A stretch of DNA of 64,000 nt from Clostridiales bacterium UBA4139 (GCA_002380805.1 DFWH01000014.1:9646-73645); one strand, 5' to 3'; shown: positions 1 to 10,189, counted from the stretch's first letter. Notes: generated by a model from the sequence alone, not told the origin. Numbers and translations are program-made.

Positions 1-627
1 AAGGGGGGTTAGCCCAGAAAAAGCAGTGTTAAATGCACTATTTGCAGTCACGCTTCCACCACTAAAGGACATACCAAATCCCAAATCAACCAGGATTTCC
101 TCGCCTGCCATTTCTTTTAGCTTTGCTTGGACATCTGGATCGGTGCTGGAGACATCCAAACCAAAGTACTGGAGTTTTCCATCAACAAGCTCAAACGGAA
201 CGGCATCTGTTGTTTGTCCCCCGAAAAGAAAGGTTTCCCCAAGTTTTGAATTGGCAGATAGCACAATGGATTCTTGCATATTTCTAAGACTGGTTGCAAG
301 GGTTTTACGTTGCTCTAAGCTTGCCGTACCATTAATACCCTCAAGGATAAGGGCGTTGGCTTCCTTGGCAATTTCACTCATTTGTAGAGCGCTACTTTCC
401 ACTGCATCAAAATGGGAAAGAACGTTTTTTACATTTTCTAGATAGTTTTCGTTATCTGTATATTCTTTTCTTAGCTTATAAGCCTTTGCAGCGCCTGCTG
501 GATCTTCAGAGGCCTTATTAAAGTTTCTTTTTGTCAACACACGGTTTCGTGCATTATCTAATTCAACAGATGACTTTGAAAGATTTGATTGATAATTTCG
601 TAAAACCTGATTGGTTGTAATACGCAT
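1..627 (-). CDS. flgL: Flagellar hook-associated protein 3 (FlgL), 3' end runs off the window
   Basis: Not in the ORF track. Manual translation from ATG at 627: MRITTNQVLRNYQSNLSKSS...FNKASEDPAGAAKA...ANSKLGETFLFGG, a flagellin-N-like FlgL signature; open to position 1; SD AAGGAG upstream; directly after flgK. Confidence 0.9.
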   Translation of the reverse strand, partial: MRITTNQVLRNYQSNLSKSSVELDNARNRVLTKRNFNKASEDPAGAAKAYKLRKEYTDNENYLENVKNVLSHFDAVESSALQMSEIAKEANALILEGINGTASLEQRKTLATSLRNMQESIVLSANSKLGETFLFGGQTTDAVPFELVDGKLQYFGLDVSSTDPDVQAKLKEMAGEEILVDLGFGMSFSGGSVTANSAFNTAFSGLTPL

Positions 628-646
628 TTATAGCAACTCCTTTTCA

Positions 647-2227
647 TTACCTACCCACAACACCCATTTTGTTGATTACGGTGTCTAATGCTTCGTCTAA
701 GGTTGTCATTAATCTTGCTGCAGCAGCGTAAGATTTTTGATATCTTAGTAAGTTCATACCCTCATCGTCTAAGCTAACCCCTGATATGGAGTCCTTTGCA
801 TTTGCAATTTCTTTGGCAACAGATACGTAGTTATCCAAAAGTGTTGATGTCGATTTAATATCAATACCCAAGGTTGAGTTCATATTTGAGATGAATTCAT
901 TAAAAGAACCTGTGAATAATGTTAAGTCATCGGAGGCATCGGGAAGGGTGCCTTCAAAGACAAAGGATTGTTTTCCCTGCAATGCTTCAATCATTCTAAG
1001 GATATTATCATTTGCACCAGAAGAGGGGGTGCTACCATCCGTAGTTACAGAAGCTGTAAGCCCGTATTCAGAATTTGCCCATCCAGAGGCAATACAGATG
1101 TTTTTGGCAGAAATCGGTTCTCCGTCGGATGAGCCGAACATATCGTGTAGATCCTCTGGTGGTGTACCAGCAGGCAAGCCAGCGTTGTTAATGCCGTTAA
1201 AAACGCTGGCGATTTTGTTTGCAAAAACATCTAACATATTTTGGTAATAACCAATACCTTTAAAGGAGTTGGTCTTTCCATCAAACGCACCAGATGAGTT
1301 TAAAAGTTCTAAAGAGCCTTTTAGGGAACCGCTTGTAAGCTCGCTGAAAATATCTTCGCCAATTACATTTCCGTCGGCATCTTTGATAGGGTTGCCATCT
1401 TTGTCTAGGATGTTTAGCTTTGTTGTTCCATCAGTCACGTCAAATTTCACATGGTTTGTGTGGTCTAAAAGGTTTATGGTGTTATTTGCACCGATGAAGT
1501 CAATTCTTAGTTCATCAATGGTTAAGTTGTCAGATATTTTAGTGGGAACATACTTTACATCAATCTTCATGTAACTTGCCAATTTATCGATAAGAACATT
1601 TCGCTGATCAATTAGTTCTAGCCCAGGGTTTCCGTTAATTTGGCCATTTTTGATAGACTTATTTAATTCTGTAATGCTGGAAAGTATGTTATTCACCTCG
1701 GGTATATCAACTTGGGTTAAGTTGTACTCCTGGTTTTCGCGAATGGTTTCTAACTGTTTGGCACATTGGTTCAAGTATTTGGTTAAAGAGTCTGCGGAAG
1801 ACTTAACCATGTTTTCAAATTCTTTGCTGCTTACATTAGTGGAAAGCTTTTGCAGCATACTTACCAAATCATTAAGCTGTGTTTGAACACCATCTTTTGC
1901 AATTTCGTCCAAAATAGATTCGATTTCTTCCAGGCCTGCTAATTTTACGTCGGCTTCACCAACTTTAGAAATTTCATTTCGAAATCGGATATCCAGATAT
2001 GGATCTCTGACCTGAGAAATACCTGTAACTAAAACGCCGTGACCCACAGTGGTGCCATTGGCATATCTTCCGGAATTTTTTAGGTTTAAGCTGACCTGGT
2101 CAACCACCTGTCTTGTATAACCAGATGTATTGATATTGGAGATGTTTTGACCCGTTACGTTTAAGCCGTATTGGCTTGAACGAAGGGCTAATTGGGCAGA
2201 CGTAAAGCCTGCAAATGTTGAACGCAT
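647..2227 (-). CDS. flgK: Flagellar hook-associated protein 1
   Basis: N-term GQNISNINTSGYTRQ, C-term SGVSLDDEGMNLLRYQKSYAAAAR; flgN-flgK-flgL order. Confidence 0.95.
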   Translation of the reverse strand: MRSTFAGFTSAQLALRSSQYGLNVTGQNISNINTSGYTRQVVDQVSLNLKNSGRYANGTTVGHGVLVTGISQVRDPYLDIRFRNEISKVGEADVKLAGLEEIESILDEIAKDGVQTQLNDLVSMLQKLSTNVSSKEFENMVKSSADSLTKYLNQCAKQLETIRENQEYNLTQVDIPEVNNILSSITELNKSIKNGQINGNPGLELIDQRNVLIDKLASYMKIDVKYVPTKISDNLTIDELRIDFIGANNTINLLDHTNHVKFDVTDGTTKLNILDKDGNPIKDADGNVIGEDIFSELTSGSLKGSLELLNSSGAFDGKTNSFKGIGYYQNMLDVFANKIASVFNGINNAGLPAGTPPEDLHDMFGSSDGEPISAKNICIASGWANSEYGLTASVTTDGSTPSSGANDNILRMIEALQGKQSFVFEGTLPDASDDLTLFTGSFNEFISNMNSTLGIDIKSTSTLLDNYVSVAKEIANAKDSISGVSLDDEGMNLLRYQKSYAAAARLMTTLDEALDTVINKMGVVGR

Positions 2228-2259
2228 TCAGGTTCCCCCCTTGGTAATCATTAGTGTTG

Positions 2260-2715
2260 TTAAGCAAATCTATTTTTCAAATTACTCCCAGTGGGAATTT
2301 GGTTTTGTGCATTGTCAAGGTTAATGTTTAACTTGCTAAGTGTGGTGTTAATGGAATGTAAATTTACATCAAGAGCTGTTTTTATGCTGCTGTTAATTTC
2401 ATTAAACTGATCTGTTGTTTGCTGAAGGGTTATAAAAAGCTTTTTGCTCTCGGCTTGTTGATCCTCGGGAAGTAGTTTAATAATTTCCCGGAATGTAAGG
2501 TTTTCGTAACCCAGCTCAGCCTGGATTTGCTCTCTTTTTTTATCCAACCCTCTTAACTTTAGTACTTCAACTTGCTCATTTTTGATACAAGAGTTAAGTG
2601 CATCAAGATCATTAGTGCTAATAGCCTTTAGCTTGTCTTGTTCGATGGTAATCAGGGTTTCAAGTAGCTCTATTAAACTTAAAACAATATTATTGAAATT
2701 TGAAATTGTAGGCAT
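2260..2715 (-). CDS. flgN: Flagellar export chaperone FlgN
   Basis: 151-aa helical protein between flgM and flgK. Confidence 0.8.
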   Translation of the reverse strand: MPTISNFNNIVLSLIELLETLITIEQDKLKAISTNDLDALNSCIKNEQVEVLKLRGLDKKREQIQAELGYENLTFREIIKLLPEDQQAESKKLFITLQQTTDQFNEINSSIKTALDVNLHSINTTLSKLNINLDNAQNQIPTGSNLKNRFA

Positions 2716-2740
2716 TTACTTCATTCCTTTTCTTATTTTT

Positions 2741-3046
2741 TTAATGGAGCAACATTTTTTTTGCAATTTGATCGATATCAATTTGGTAGTTGCCTTCCTC
2801 AATTTGCTGTTTCAGGCTAGCAATTTTCTGCTCAGAACTAGGAGTATTTACTTCTTTTGATATCTGATTTTTGAGCTCATCAATAAAGCGGTTCTGATCC
2901 GCTTTTTGAACTCTCCCGCTGATGATGATTTCATCACAGTTTCTGCTCCTACCAGTAGAAACATTTTGTGGGAGGGGCTGTGTAGTTTTTTCTTTACTTT
3001 TGCTGCTAGTTTGCATATTAAAAAAGTTATTTATATTGACTTTCAT
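2741..3046 (-). CDS. flgM: Anti-sigma-28 factor FlgM
   Basis: C-term KIASLKQQIEEGNYQIDIDQIAKKML; start moved to ATG 3046 (MKVNIN) behind SD AAGGAG. Confidence 0.9.
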   Translation of the reverse strand: MKVNINNFFNMQTSSKSKEKTTQPLPQNVSTGRSRNCDEIIISGRVQKADQNRFIDELKNQISKEVNTPSSEQKIASLKQQIEEGNYQIDIDQIAKKMLLH

Positions 3047-3090
3047 ATAATTCTCCTTAATATTAATCAGATAATTATGCTCATATATAT

Positions 3091-3120
3091 ATATCGGCAA
3101 TGAGCCTACAATAATAATGT
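3091..3120 (-). promoter_or_regulatory. Sigma-28 (FliA/SigD)-type promoter for flgM-flgN-flgK-flgL
   Basis: Minus strand ACATTA-N16-GCCGATAT; -10 matches the SigD consensus exactly, -35 is atypical. Confidence 0.75.
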
Positions 3121-3137
3121 TTGAAAGATTAAAAAAT

Positions 3138-3171
3138 AAAAAAAGCACACCTCTTTGGAGGTGTGCAAAAA
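3138..3171 (-). terminator. Intrinsic terminator of the che operon
   Basis: Minus strand GCACACCTC-caaa-GAGGTGTGC followed by a T-run, just after the cheB stop. Confidence 0.85.
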
Positions 3172-3189
3172 TTTAGTGTTGATTTGTAA

Positions 3190-4236
3190 TTAAAGGCTGG
3201 ATAGGTGTTTACGCAGAACATGGGGGATATTTTCGCAAGAAGCTTCAATACACACTGCCCCGATGTTTTTTGCCACCATAGGCATGCCATATACCACGCA
3301 GGATTCCTTATTTTGTCCTATGGTATAAGCACCTTGTTTGCGCATATTTAGGAGACCCTGGGCGCCATCACGACCCATTCCAGTCATGATAATACCAACG
3401 GCATTTTTCTTTGCAACCTCAGCGACAGAGTTAAATAAAACGTCAACTGAAGGACGGTGTCCGCTAACTTTTTCTGCTTGATAGCATTTAACAACAAAGT
3501 TTGGGCCAATTTTTACTAGCTTCATATGGTAGTCTCCGGGTGCGATCAAAACAAGCCCATTTTTGACAATGTCACCATCAACGGCCTCCCTGACTTCCAT
3601 CTTACAAAGTCGATTCAGCCTTTCAGCATACATTTTTGTAAAGCCAGATGGCATGTGCTGAACCACCAAAATACCAGGGGTATCTGGGGGGAGGTCTTTG
3701 ATCACGGAGATAGTTGCCTCTGTTCCCCCAGTGGAGGCACCAAGGGCAATAATTGTCCCATTTGCCAATGAAGAAGGCTTCATTGGTGAAAAGTTTGTTT
3801 TAGACAGTGTTGAAATTACACTTTTGTGTGCATTTGGGGTCACCTTTGCACGGCTTGCAATTGTAATCTTTGATGCAAGCTCATTCATAAAAGAGGAAAT
3901 ACTATCTGTCTTAGAAAGGTCAGGCTTTCTAACAAAATCCACTGCCCCTGCTGCCAATGCATCAAATACATTCATATTGACAGAAGAAACCAAAACAACT
4001 GGAATTGGGTATTCAGGAAGAAGTTGTTTTAAGAATTCAATTCCGTTTACTTTTGGCATTTCGACATCAAGGGTAACAACATCAGGATTTAGTTGCGGTA
4101 TTTTTTCTTTTGCTTCAAAGGCATCTCTGGCATACCCCAAAACTTCGATGTTACTAAATTCTGCAAGTTTTTTGGTTAGTACTCCTCGGAAGAATAGTGA
4201 GTCATCTACGACTAATACCTTAATTTTTTTGTTCAT
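3190..4236 (-). CDS. cheB: Chemotaxis methylesterase/response regulator
   Basis: REC domain plus GASTGG, VQHMP and MGRDG catalytic motifs. Confidence 0.97.
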   Translation of the reverse strand: MNKKIKVLVVDDSLFFRGVLTKKLAEFSNIEVLGYARDAFEAKEKIPQLNPDVVTLDVEMPKVNGIEFLKQLLPEYPIPVVLVSSVNMNVFDALAAGAVDFVRKPDLSKTDSISSFMNELASKITIASRAKVTPNAHKSVISTLSKTNFSPMKPSSLANGTIIALGASTGGTEATISVIKDLPPDTPGILVVQHMPSGFTKMYAERLNRLCKMEVREAVDGDIVKNGLVLIAPGDYHMKLVKIGPNFVVKCYQAEKVSGHRPSVDVLFNSVAEVAKKNAVGIIMTGMGRDGAQGLLNMRKQGAYTIGQNKESCVVYGMPMVAKNIGAVCIEASCENIPHVLRKHLSSL

Positions 4237-4269
4237 GTAAAGCTACCTTTCTTTTATTATCATGTTTAG

Positions 4270-5082
4270 TTAGATTTTCCTATACACGGCGGGCATAACA
4301 TATTTATACTTTGAGCCGCTTTTATTGATAGTTTCAGAAAGCCCAATGATGAGATACCCCCCTCGATTTGTTGAGTCATAAAACCGATCGACCAAATCGT
4401 CCTTTGTTGGTTGATTAAAGTAAATCATCACATTTCGACAAAAAATCACATCAAAGGGTATCTTGAATTGTATGGGATCCATTAAATTAAAGGTTTTGAA
4501 AATTACGTTTGAGCGAAGCCCTGGGCTTACTTCATACTGGTCGGTATTCTCAACACGTTTGAAATATTTTCTAACCCATTCGCGTGGCATATCTTTTAAT
4601 GACTCTTCTGGATAAACACCCTTTTGGGCCTGAAGCAGAACCTTTTGAGAAATATCCGTCGCCAAAACCCGTGTATCCCACAAATGTGCTTCTTTGCCTA
4701 AGAACTCTTTGATTAAGATGGAGAGGGTATAGGGTTCTTGCCCTGTTGAGCATCCTGCACTCCAAATGCTTAATACCTTATCTTTTTTATTTTTTACCAA
4801 GCCAGGCAGAATATTATTAATGAAGAAGTCGAAGTGAACTTTTTCGCGCATAAAATAAGTATAGTTGGTTGTTAGTTTATTCAGCATAACTTCTATATCT
4901 TTTTCTGTGGCCTTAGTTAAGATGAAATCTACATATTTAGAAAAATCATCGTATCCCATGGAAAGTAGTGTAGAATTTAGCCTTCCCTCAATTAGCTGTT
5001 TTTTCTTAGATAAATTGATTCCGTATTTTTTTTGGATGAAGGTATATAAACGGATAAAATCGTCTTCCTTTAATGTATTCAT
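4270..5082 (-). CDS. cheR: Chemotaxis methyltransferase
   Basis: TTNYTYFMRE, IWSAGCSTGQEPY, DVIFCRNVMIYF. Confidence 0.97.
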   Translation of the reverse strand: MNTLKEDDFIRLYTFIQKKYGINLSKKKQLIEGRLNSTLLSMGYDDFSKYVDFILTKATEKDIEVMLNKLTTNYTYFMREKVHFDFFINNILPGLVKNKKDKVLSIWSAGCSTGQEPYTLSILIKEFLGKEAHLWDTRVLATDISQKVLLQAQKGVYPEESLKDMPREWVRKYFKRVENTDQYEVSPGLRSNVIFKTFNLMDPIQFKIPFDVIFCRNVMIYFNQPTKDDLVDRFYDSTNRGGYLIIGLSETINKSGSKYKYVMPAVYRKI

Positions 5083-5099
5083 TCATGAACCACCTTATT

Positions 5100-5579
5100 T
5101 TATTTATTGCTGACTAATGAATCACAATCTAAACAGAACATAACACTGCCATCACTAAGATTTGTCATTCCACTAATGAAGGCAAGATTTTTTGAAGGCG
5201 GCTCAGAAATTTTGTTAGTGGCATTAATTACTTGTAAAACCGTATCTACCAAAATACCAATGGAAATTGAGCCGATTTCTAAAATAATTACGCACGAAAT
5301 TGAGGTATCTTCGTTTTCGGGTTTGTTCATGATTTGGCGTATATCAATAATTGGAACAATTTGACCTCTTAAGTTAATGATGCCCTCTACAAAAGGGGGA
5401 ACCATGGGTAGAGAGGTAATGCTTGGATTCGTAATGATTTCTACAACGTTTTCAATGGGTATTCCGTAGATTAAATCGGCAGAAACAAAGGTGAGGTATT
5501 TGTTGGTATTTTCATTTACTTCTGTTATGCCGTACTCCTCATCCATTATTTCGTCGGATCTATTATTTTCCATATTCAT
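5100..5579 (-). CDS. cheW: Chemotaxis coupling protein
   Basis: GIINLRGQIVPIID motif. Confidence 0.95.
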   Translation of the reverse strand: MNMENNRSDEIMDEEYGITEVNENTNKYLTFVSADLIYGIPIENVVEIITNPSITSLPMVPPFVEGIINLRGQIVPIIDIRQIMNKPENEDTSISCVIILEIGSISIGILVDTVLQVINATNKISEPPSKNLAFISGMTNLSDGSVMFCLDCDSLVSNK

Positions 5580-5593
5580 TTTAACATTCCCCC

Positions 5594-7705
5594 TTATAAC
5601 GAATTCATGAATGCTGTATGAAGATTAAGTGCATCGAGGATGATGCTGATGTTGCCATCGCCTAAAATGGTGCAACCAGCAACCCCTGAGTTCTTAATAT
5701 TAAAGCTATTTAGGTAGGTAGGTAAAGGTTTTACGACTACCTGTTGCTCGCCTATAAAGCTATCAACAAATAAGCAGTAGGATTTATCACTCGCTTCTAT
5801 CCAAACCAAAATACCTTCTTCAATGTCAGTGACTTCGGTTTCGATATGGTAAAGGTCATGTAATCTAACCACAGAGTAATAGTTTCCCATACGCTCGATT
5901 AGCTCGTTGCCCAAAGAATCCAATATAATTTCTTCGCGGCTACACTTGAAGGATTGTCGAATGTTTGTAATTGGCATAGTAAATGTGGACTTACCAACGG
6001 CAATTTCCATACCATCTACAATTGCTAAGGTTAGAGGTATTTTAAGGGTAATGCAAGTTCCTTCTCCCAGCTCGCTTTCGATCGAAACAATGCCACCAAC
6101 TTTTTCAATGTTCTGCTTTACAACATCCATACCTACACCACGGCCAGAATATTCAGTAACGGTTTCGTTGGTGGAGAAACCAGGGGCAAGAAGTAGAGCT
6201 AGAGTTTCTCGCTTTGTATATTCACTTTCGGATTTTGTGAGAAGGCCATTGCGCTTTGCTTTTGCCAATACTTTTTCAGGATCAACGCCTACGCCATCGT
6301 CAGCAATTGTAATAATAATATCGCTGCCTGTGTGCTTTGCTTCAAGGATGATTTCACCCTGAGGTTCTTTACCGGCGGCAATTCTGTCCTCAACACGTTC
6401 CTCAATGCCGTGATCCATGGAGTTTCTGACAATATGAATCAAAGGATCGTTGATGCTATCAACTATTGTTTTATCTAATTCGGTATTTTCACCAATAATG
6501 GTGAGACGAACATCTTTATTTAAATTTTGTCCCATATCACGGACGATGCGGTTCATTTTGTTAAACACGCCAGAGATAGGAACCATTCGCATAGACATAG
6601 CAATGTCTTGTAACTCATCAGTTAATTTTCTTAGCTGTCTAGCAGATTTTGTGAAATTGTCTAGCTTAAGCCCTTTTAAATCGGGAGAAGAGGTTACCAT
6701 AGATTCGGTAATAACGATTTCACCAACGATTGCCATAAGCTTATCTAACTTGGAAAGATTCACACTAATAATGCTTTGCTTTGTCTGCTGGGTAGAAGCG
6801 GCAGAGTTGGAATTATTGTTTGCCTTTACAGCTTTGTTTTGGGCAGGAGCAACATTGCTAGATGTGCTTTCTGCAGAAGGAGCGCTTGGGGTTGTTCCTT
6901 GCGCTTGCTCTACCTCTAAAGCTGGATTAGGTATAATCTCAAAAGAGGCAATGTTTAGAGAATTTTTAATTGCAGAAATTGCAGAATCTACCAGGCTTTC
7001 ATCATCAAGGAAGATGAAAAAGCCATTGTCAATGATGTAGTTGCAAGAATCAGGATTGCTTTCTACATCTTCGGGATAAAACTTAAAGCTGTTCCCGATG
7101 ACCTCTGCTACCGAATTTTTCACCATAAAAGCACGCAAATGCTCCATTCCACAACCATCATCAAAAAGTATTTTGATGATATAAGGAGCTGTTGTTTCAG
7201 GAATGGATTGCAAAGAGGTACTGTTTTGTGTTACGGTGTTTTTGACATCAGGATTGGCATTTTTTGCTTTATCTGATGCATCAGTTTCACCTGAATTCAA
7301 TTTTTCAATAAAAGTATTAATATCGCTTATAAAATTGTCGATATTATCAGAGATAGGTTCGTTTTGTTCGATTTTTGCTACCTCTGTACGCATGAAGTCA
7401 TTTGTCTTTAGGATTAGATCAAATAACTCTTTTCGCATAGGTTCCGAAAAGGAATTGGTCGTATTGTTTTGCCTAAAGATAAAGAAAAGATCTTCAACTC
7501 TATGAGCTATTTTAGCGATAGAGTCAAATTCCATCATTGCCGATGAACCTTTGATTGTATGCATGATGCGGAAAATTTCATCAATATCTTCTGAAGAAAA
7601 CGATTTCGCTTTTTCTGCTTCGAGCATTATATTTTCTAACTGCTCAAGTAAGGAGTTTGTTTCGAAAAGATACATGTCAATCATACTATCCATGCTGTTG
7701 TTCAT
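5594..7705 (-). CDS. cheA: Chemotaxis histidine kinase
   Basis: Hpt IFRIMHTIKGS, HIVRNSMDHGIE, SGRGVGMDVV, C-terminal CheW domain. Confidence 0.97.
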   Translation of the reverse strand: MNNSMDSMIDMYLFETNSLLEQLENIMLEAEKAKSFSSEDIDEIFRIMHTIKGSSAMMEFDSIAKIAHRVEDLFFIFRQNNTTNSFSEPMRKELFDLILKTNDFMRTEVAKIEQNEPISDNIDNFISDINTFIEKLNSGETDASDKAKNANPDVKNTVTQNSTSLQSIPETTAPYIIKILFDDGCGMEHLRAFMVKNSVAEVIGNSFKFYPEDVESNPDSCNYIIDNGFFIFLDDESLVDSAISAIKNSLNIASFEIIPNPALEVEQAQGTTPSAPSAESTSSNVAPAQNKAVKANNNSNSAASTQQTKQSIISVNLSKLDKLMAIVGEIVITESMVTSSPDLKGLKLDNFTKSARQLRKLTDELQDIAMSMRMVPISGVFNKMNRIVRDMGQNLNKDVRLTIIGENTELDKTIVDSINDPLIHIVRNSMDHGIEERVEDRIAAGKEPQGEIILEAKHTGSDIIITIADDGVGVDPEKVLAKAKRNGLLTKSESEYTKRETLALLLAPGFSTNETVTEYSGRGVGMDVVKQNIEKVGGIVSIESELGEGTCITLKIPLTLAIVDGMEIAVGKSTFTMPITNIRQSFKCSREEIILDSLGNELIERMGNYYSVVRLHDLYHIETEVTDIEEGILVWIEASDKSYCLFVDSFIGEQQVVVKPLPTYLNSFNIKNSGVAGCTILGDGNISIILDALNLHTAFMNSL

Positions 7706-7766
7706 TCAAGAGCACCACCTTAGAAAAGAATATGTTATACCATTTGGTTAATTATACTATATAATT

Positions 7767-7796
7767 ATTTCGACAAAAAGATGTAAAACATAATAG
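7767..7796 (-). promoter_or_regulatory. Putative sigma-28-type promoter for cheA-cheW-cheR-cheB
   Basis: Minus strand CTATTA-N16-GTCGAAAT, resembling the flgM and fliD upstream motifs. Confidence 0.55.
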
Positions 7797-7819
7797 TTGA
7801 AAAGAAAGGATGTGAAAGA

Positions 7820-9232
7820 ATGTCAAATGTCATGAAAGTTTCAACTCCTGTTTCCGGATATGAAAATACTTCAAGGACCAATCCTATCACCACAAATGAT
7901 CCTAATATAAATAATGTAACTAATATAAATAAGGTTACAAGGTCTGATAGTAAGTCTGCAAATACGGATTATCAGCAAAATAATTTTGTACAATATCAAA
8001 ACTCCAATTATGAGGGTTTTTTGAAAATTTTAAAAGGGATGCCAACGACGACAGAACTTATGGCAGACTTGATGTTTGCAAGAATGGGAAACTTAGTTAA
8101 TTCGGGGGTAAACGAGAATTTTGCCCAAGAGATATCCCAGTTTTTAGAGATGATTCAACTTTCAAAAGAGGATCTTCAAAGTTATATGAAAAATCAATGT
8201 AATGGGGCAACAAAATTTGGAGGAGGATTTTTCGACTTTTTAAGAGGTGTCCTGTCCGAAACCAACTCCACAGATTTACAAATGAGAATCTTGGATTTGC
8301 TGAAAAAATATAATGATTTTACCGCCAATAAACATGTGTTGAATAGCATTTTAATTGATCTTTCCAACTTGTCCAAAAGCTTACCCAAAAGCTATTCGGA
8401 GCAATTGCTTGCTTTGGCTGGTAAGCTTGATCCAGAGGCCAAGCCCGGAGATATAACAAAAAATCTAGAAATTTTAAAAAAAGAAATTATTCCATATTTA
8501 TCAAAATATATTAAATATACAAATGATTTTGGTCGGGTAAGGGATTTCATTTCTTTGCTTACACAAAATATTGCCCGATATGAAAATGGAAATAAAAATG
8601 GATTTATTGATGCATTTGAGGGCTTAATGAATTATAATGTAATAAAGGATAAACTTGGCAATATAAACCCAGAAACATTTGCCAATGTTTTAGTACAAAT
8701 GAATTCTGATGAATCGGGAAGAAATGAGTTCAACCAAAAGCTGATTAATATACTGGAAAGAGGCATTAGGGGAGAGGCTGGTTACGAGAATATAGACATA
8801 TTTAAAAGTGTTTTGTCATCGATGCTTTTAAATGAAAGTGTATATGTGCCACTGTTACATGTGATGCTTCCACTGAATCTAGATGGAAATTTATTGTTTT
8901 CGGAGCTATGGATTGATCCTGATGATGGGGAGGGGAATAGAGAAGAAAGTGAAAGAAGTACAAAATTGTTGATTAAGTTCGATATTAAGGACATAGGCTT
9001 TTTTGACTTAATTGTTTTGCACAAAAAAGGAAAAATTGATATGCAGTTGTTTTGCCCGGAAAGAATTCTGGCCTTAGATAAAGGGATACGGGCGGGGCTT
9101 ACAGATATTATGGAGAGAAATGGATTTTCCATCGGTTCCATTTCCGTTGATAAAAGTAAGGCGCCCCTAAGCATATCTGAGGTGTTTCCTAAAATTTATG
9201 AAAGGAAAAATACTGTCAATGTCAAGATATAA
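7820..9232 (+). CDS. Hypothetical protein with FliK-like C-terminal domain (YlqG-like)
   Basis: 470 aa; C-term KLLIKFDIKDIGFFDLIV...IDMQLFC...GFSIGSISV...VNVKI resembles FliK_C/YlqG; overlaps a downstream FlhB_C-like gene. Confidence 0.55.
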   Translation: MSNVMKVSTPVSGYENTSRTNPITTNDPNINNVTNINKVTRSDSKSANTDYQQNNFVQYQNSNYEGFLKILKGMPTTTELMADLMFARMGNLVNSGVNENFAQEISQFLEMIQLSKEDLQSYMKNQCNGATKFGGGFFDFLRGVLSETNSTDLQMRILDLLKKYNDFTANKHVLNSILIDLSNLSKSLPKSYSEQLLALAGKLDPEAKPGDITKNLEILKKEIIPYLSKYIKYTNDFGRVRDFISLLTQNIARYENGNKNGFIDAFEGLMNYNVIKDKLGNINPETFANVLVQMNSDESGRNEFNQKLINILERGIRGEAGYENIDIFKSVLSSMLLNESVYVPLLHVMLPLNLDGNLLFSELWIDPDDGEGNREESERSTKLLIKFDIKDIGFFDLIVLHKKGKIDMQLFCPERILALDKGIRAGLTDIMERNGFSIGSISVDKSKAPLSISEVFPKIYERKNTVNVKI

Positions 9233-9533
9233 GGATAAACTTGCAAAAAAGGCTGTTGCTTTAAAATATGACAACGATCAGATTGCACCTATAATTGTTG
9301 CTTCTGGGATGGGGCATATGGCTGAGAAAATTGTGGAGGTTGCCTCCGACAACAATATTCCCGTTTATGAGGATACATCTTTAGCGACAGTTTTATCCAG
9401 ACTTGAACTTGGCGCGGAGGTACCGGAAGAGCTGTATAAGGCGATTGTTGACATATATGTGTATTTTCTTAAATTTTCGCCGTCAAATTCACCGAGCACG
9501 TTAGAGGGAGAACCCAAAAAAGTGGATACTTAA
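9219..9533 (+). CDS. Stand-alone FlhB C-terminal domain protein (YlqH/FlhX-like, EscU/YscU/HrcU family)
   Basis: KKAVALKYD..APIIVASG...AEKIVEVA..NNIPVYED..LA aligns by eye with this window's FlhB after NPTH; start ATG 9219 (alt. 9198). Confidence 0.85.
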   Translation: MSRYKDKLAKKAVALKYDNDQIAPIIVASGMGHMAEKIVEVASDNNIPVYEDTSLATVLSRLELGAEVPEELYKAIVDIYVYFLKFSPSNSPSTLEGEPKKVDT

Positions 9534-9580
9534 GAACAAATGAAAAAAGAAAAAAGGGGAATCGTTTGGAGGGATAGACC

Positions 9581-10189
9581 TTGGCAATTAAGTGTATTTT
9601 ACTAGACGAACAAAGTAATATTATTGATTATGCGGATTTAAGTTTTATGGGTAACGGCGTATCTTTTTTAATTCCGTTTGTTGAACAAACATTAAAAGAG
9701 TTTCAAAAAGGCGATAAAATTATTTTTCAGGTGGAAAATAAATATAATCAAATTTATGACGCAGATGTTAGCGAAATTTCATATGGAAAAATCCATCTAG
9801 AGGAAGTAAGAAACTTGGCACCTTTATTGCATCGAGATGTGCGGGTTGAAGTTGAAATTCAATCAACCATTTTTTTTACCGAGGGTGGAAGAGATATTCC
9901 CGTAGATGTTAATTTAAGAGATTTAAGCTGTGGCGGGATGTGCTTTATCTGCAAAGAGGATTTGAACTTGGAGAATGATTATGTGTTTATGACCAACTGG
10001 ATTGAAACGCCTATTTTGGTCAAATTCAAGATTCTGCGTAAAGAAAGTGCCAACTACAATATGTTTATTTATGGATGTGAATTTCTGGAGTTGCTTAGGA
10101 CAGAAGAGAGCTTGTTAAGGGCAAGCGTCTTTAAAATACAGGCAATGAATTATAGACGAAAAAGGATGGATGAGGATGATGCAGTTTAA
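9581..10189 (+). CDS. PilZ domain protein
   Basis: HRDVR...DLSCGG (DxSxxG) and YGCEF; TTG start with SD GGAGG. Confidence 0.8.
   Translation: MAIKCILLDEQSNIIDYADLSFMGNGVSFLIPFVEQTLKEFQKGDKIIFQVENKYNQIYDADVSEISYGKIHLEEVRNLAPLLHRDVRVEVEIQSTIFFTEGGRDIPVDVNLRDLSCGGMCFICKEDLNLENDYVFMTNWIETPILVKFKILRKESANYNMFIYGCEFLELLRTEESLLRASVFKIQAMNYRRKRMDEDDAV

Noticed and set aside
26..445. Plus-strand 139-aa ORF and the many other short ORFs overlapping long genes
   Set aside because: Antisense or out-of-frame shadows of well-supported genes; here the real gene is flgL on the minus strand
3083..3094. (AT)n tract next to the flgM promoter as a phase-variation site
   Set aside because: Only about six units in an AT-rich genome, and outside the -35/-10 spacer
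2741..3148. ORF-track start for flgM at 3148 (and similar over-extended starts for yjdF, flgD, fliA, cheV)
   Set aside because: The extensions run through promoters, terminators or upstream genes; downstream starts have proper SD sequences
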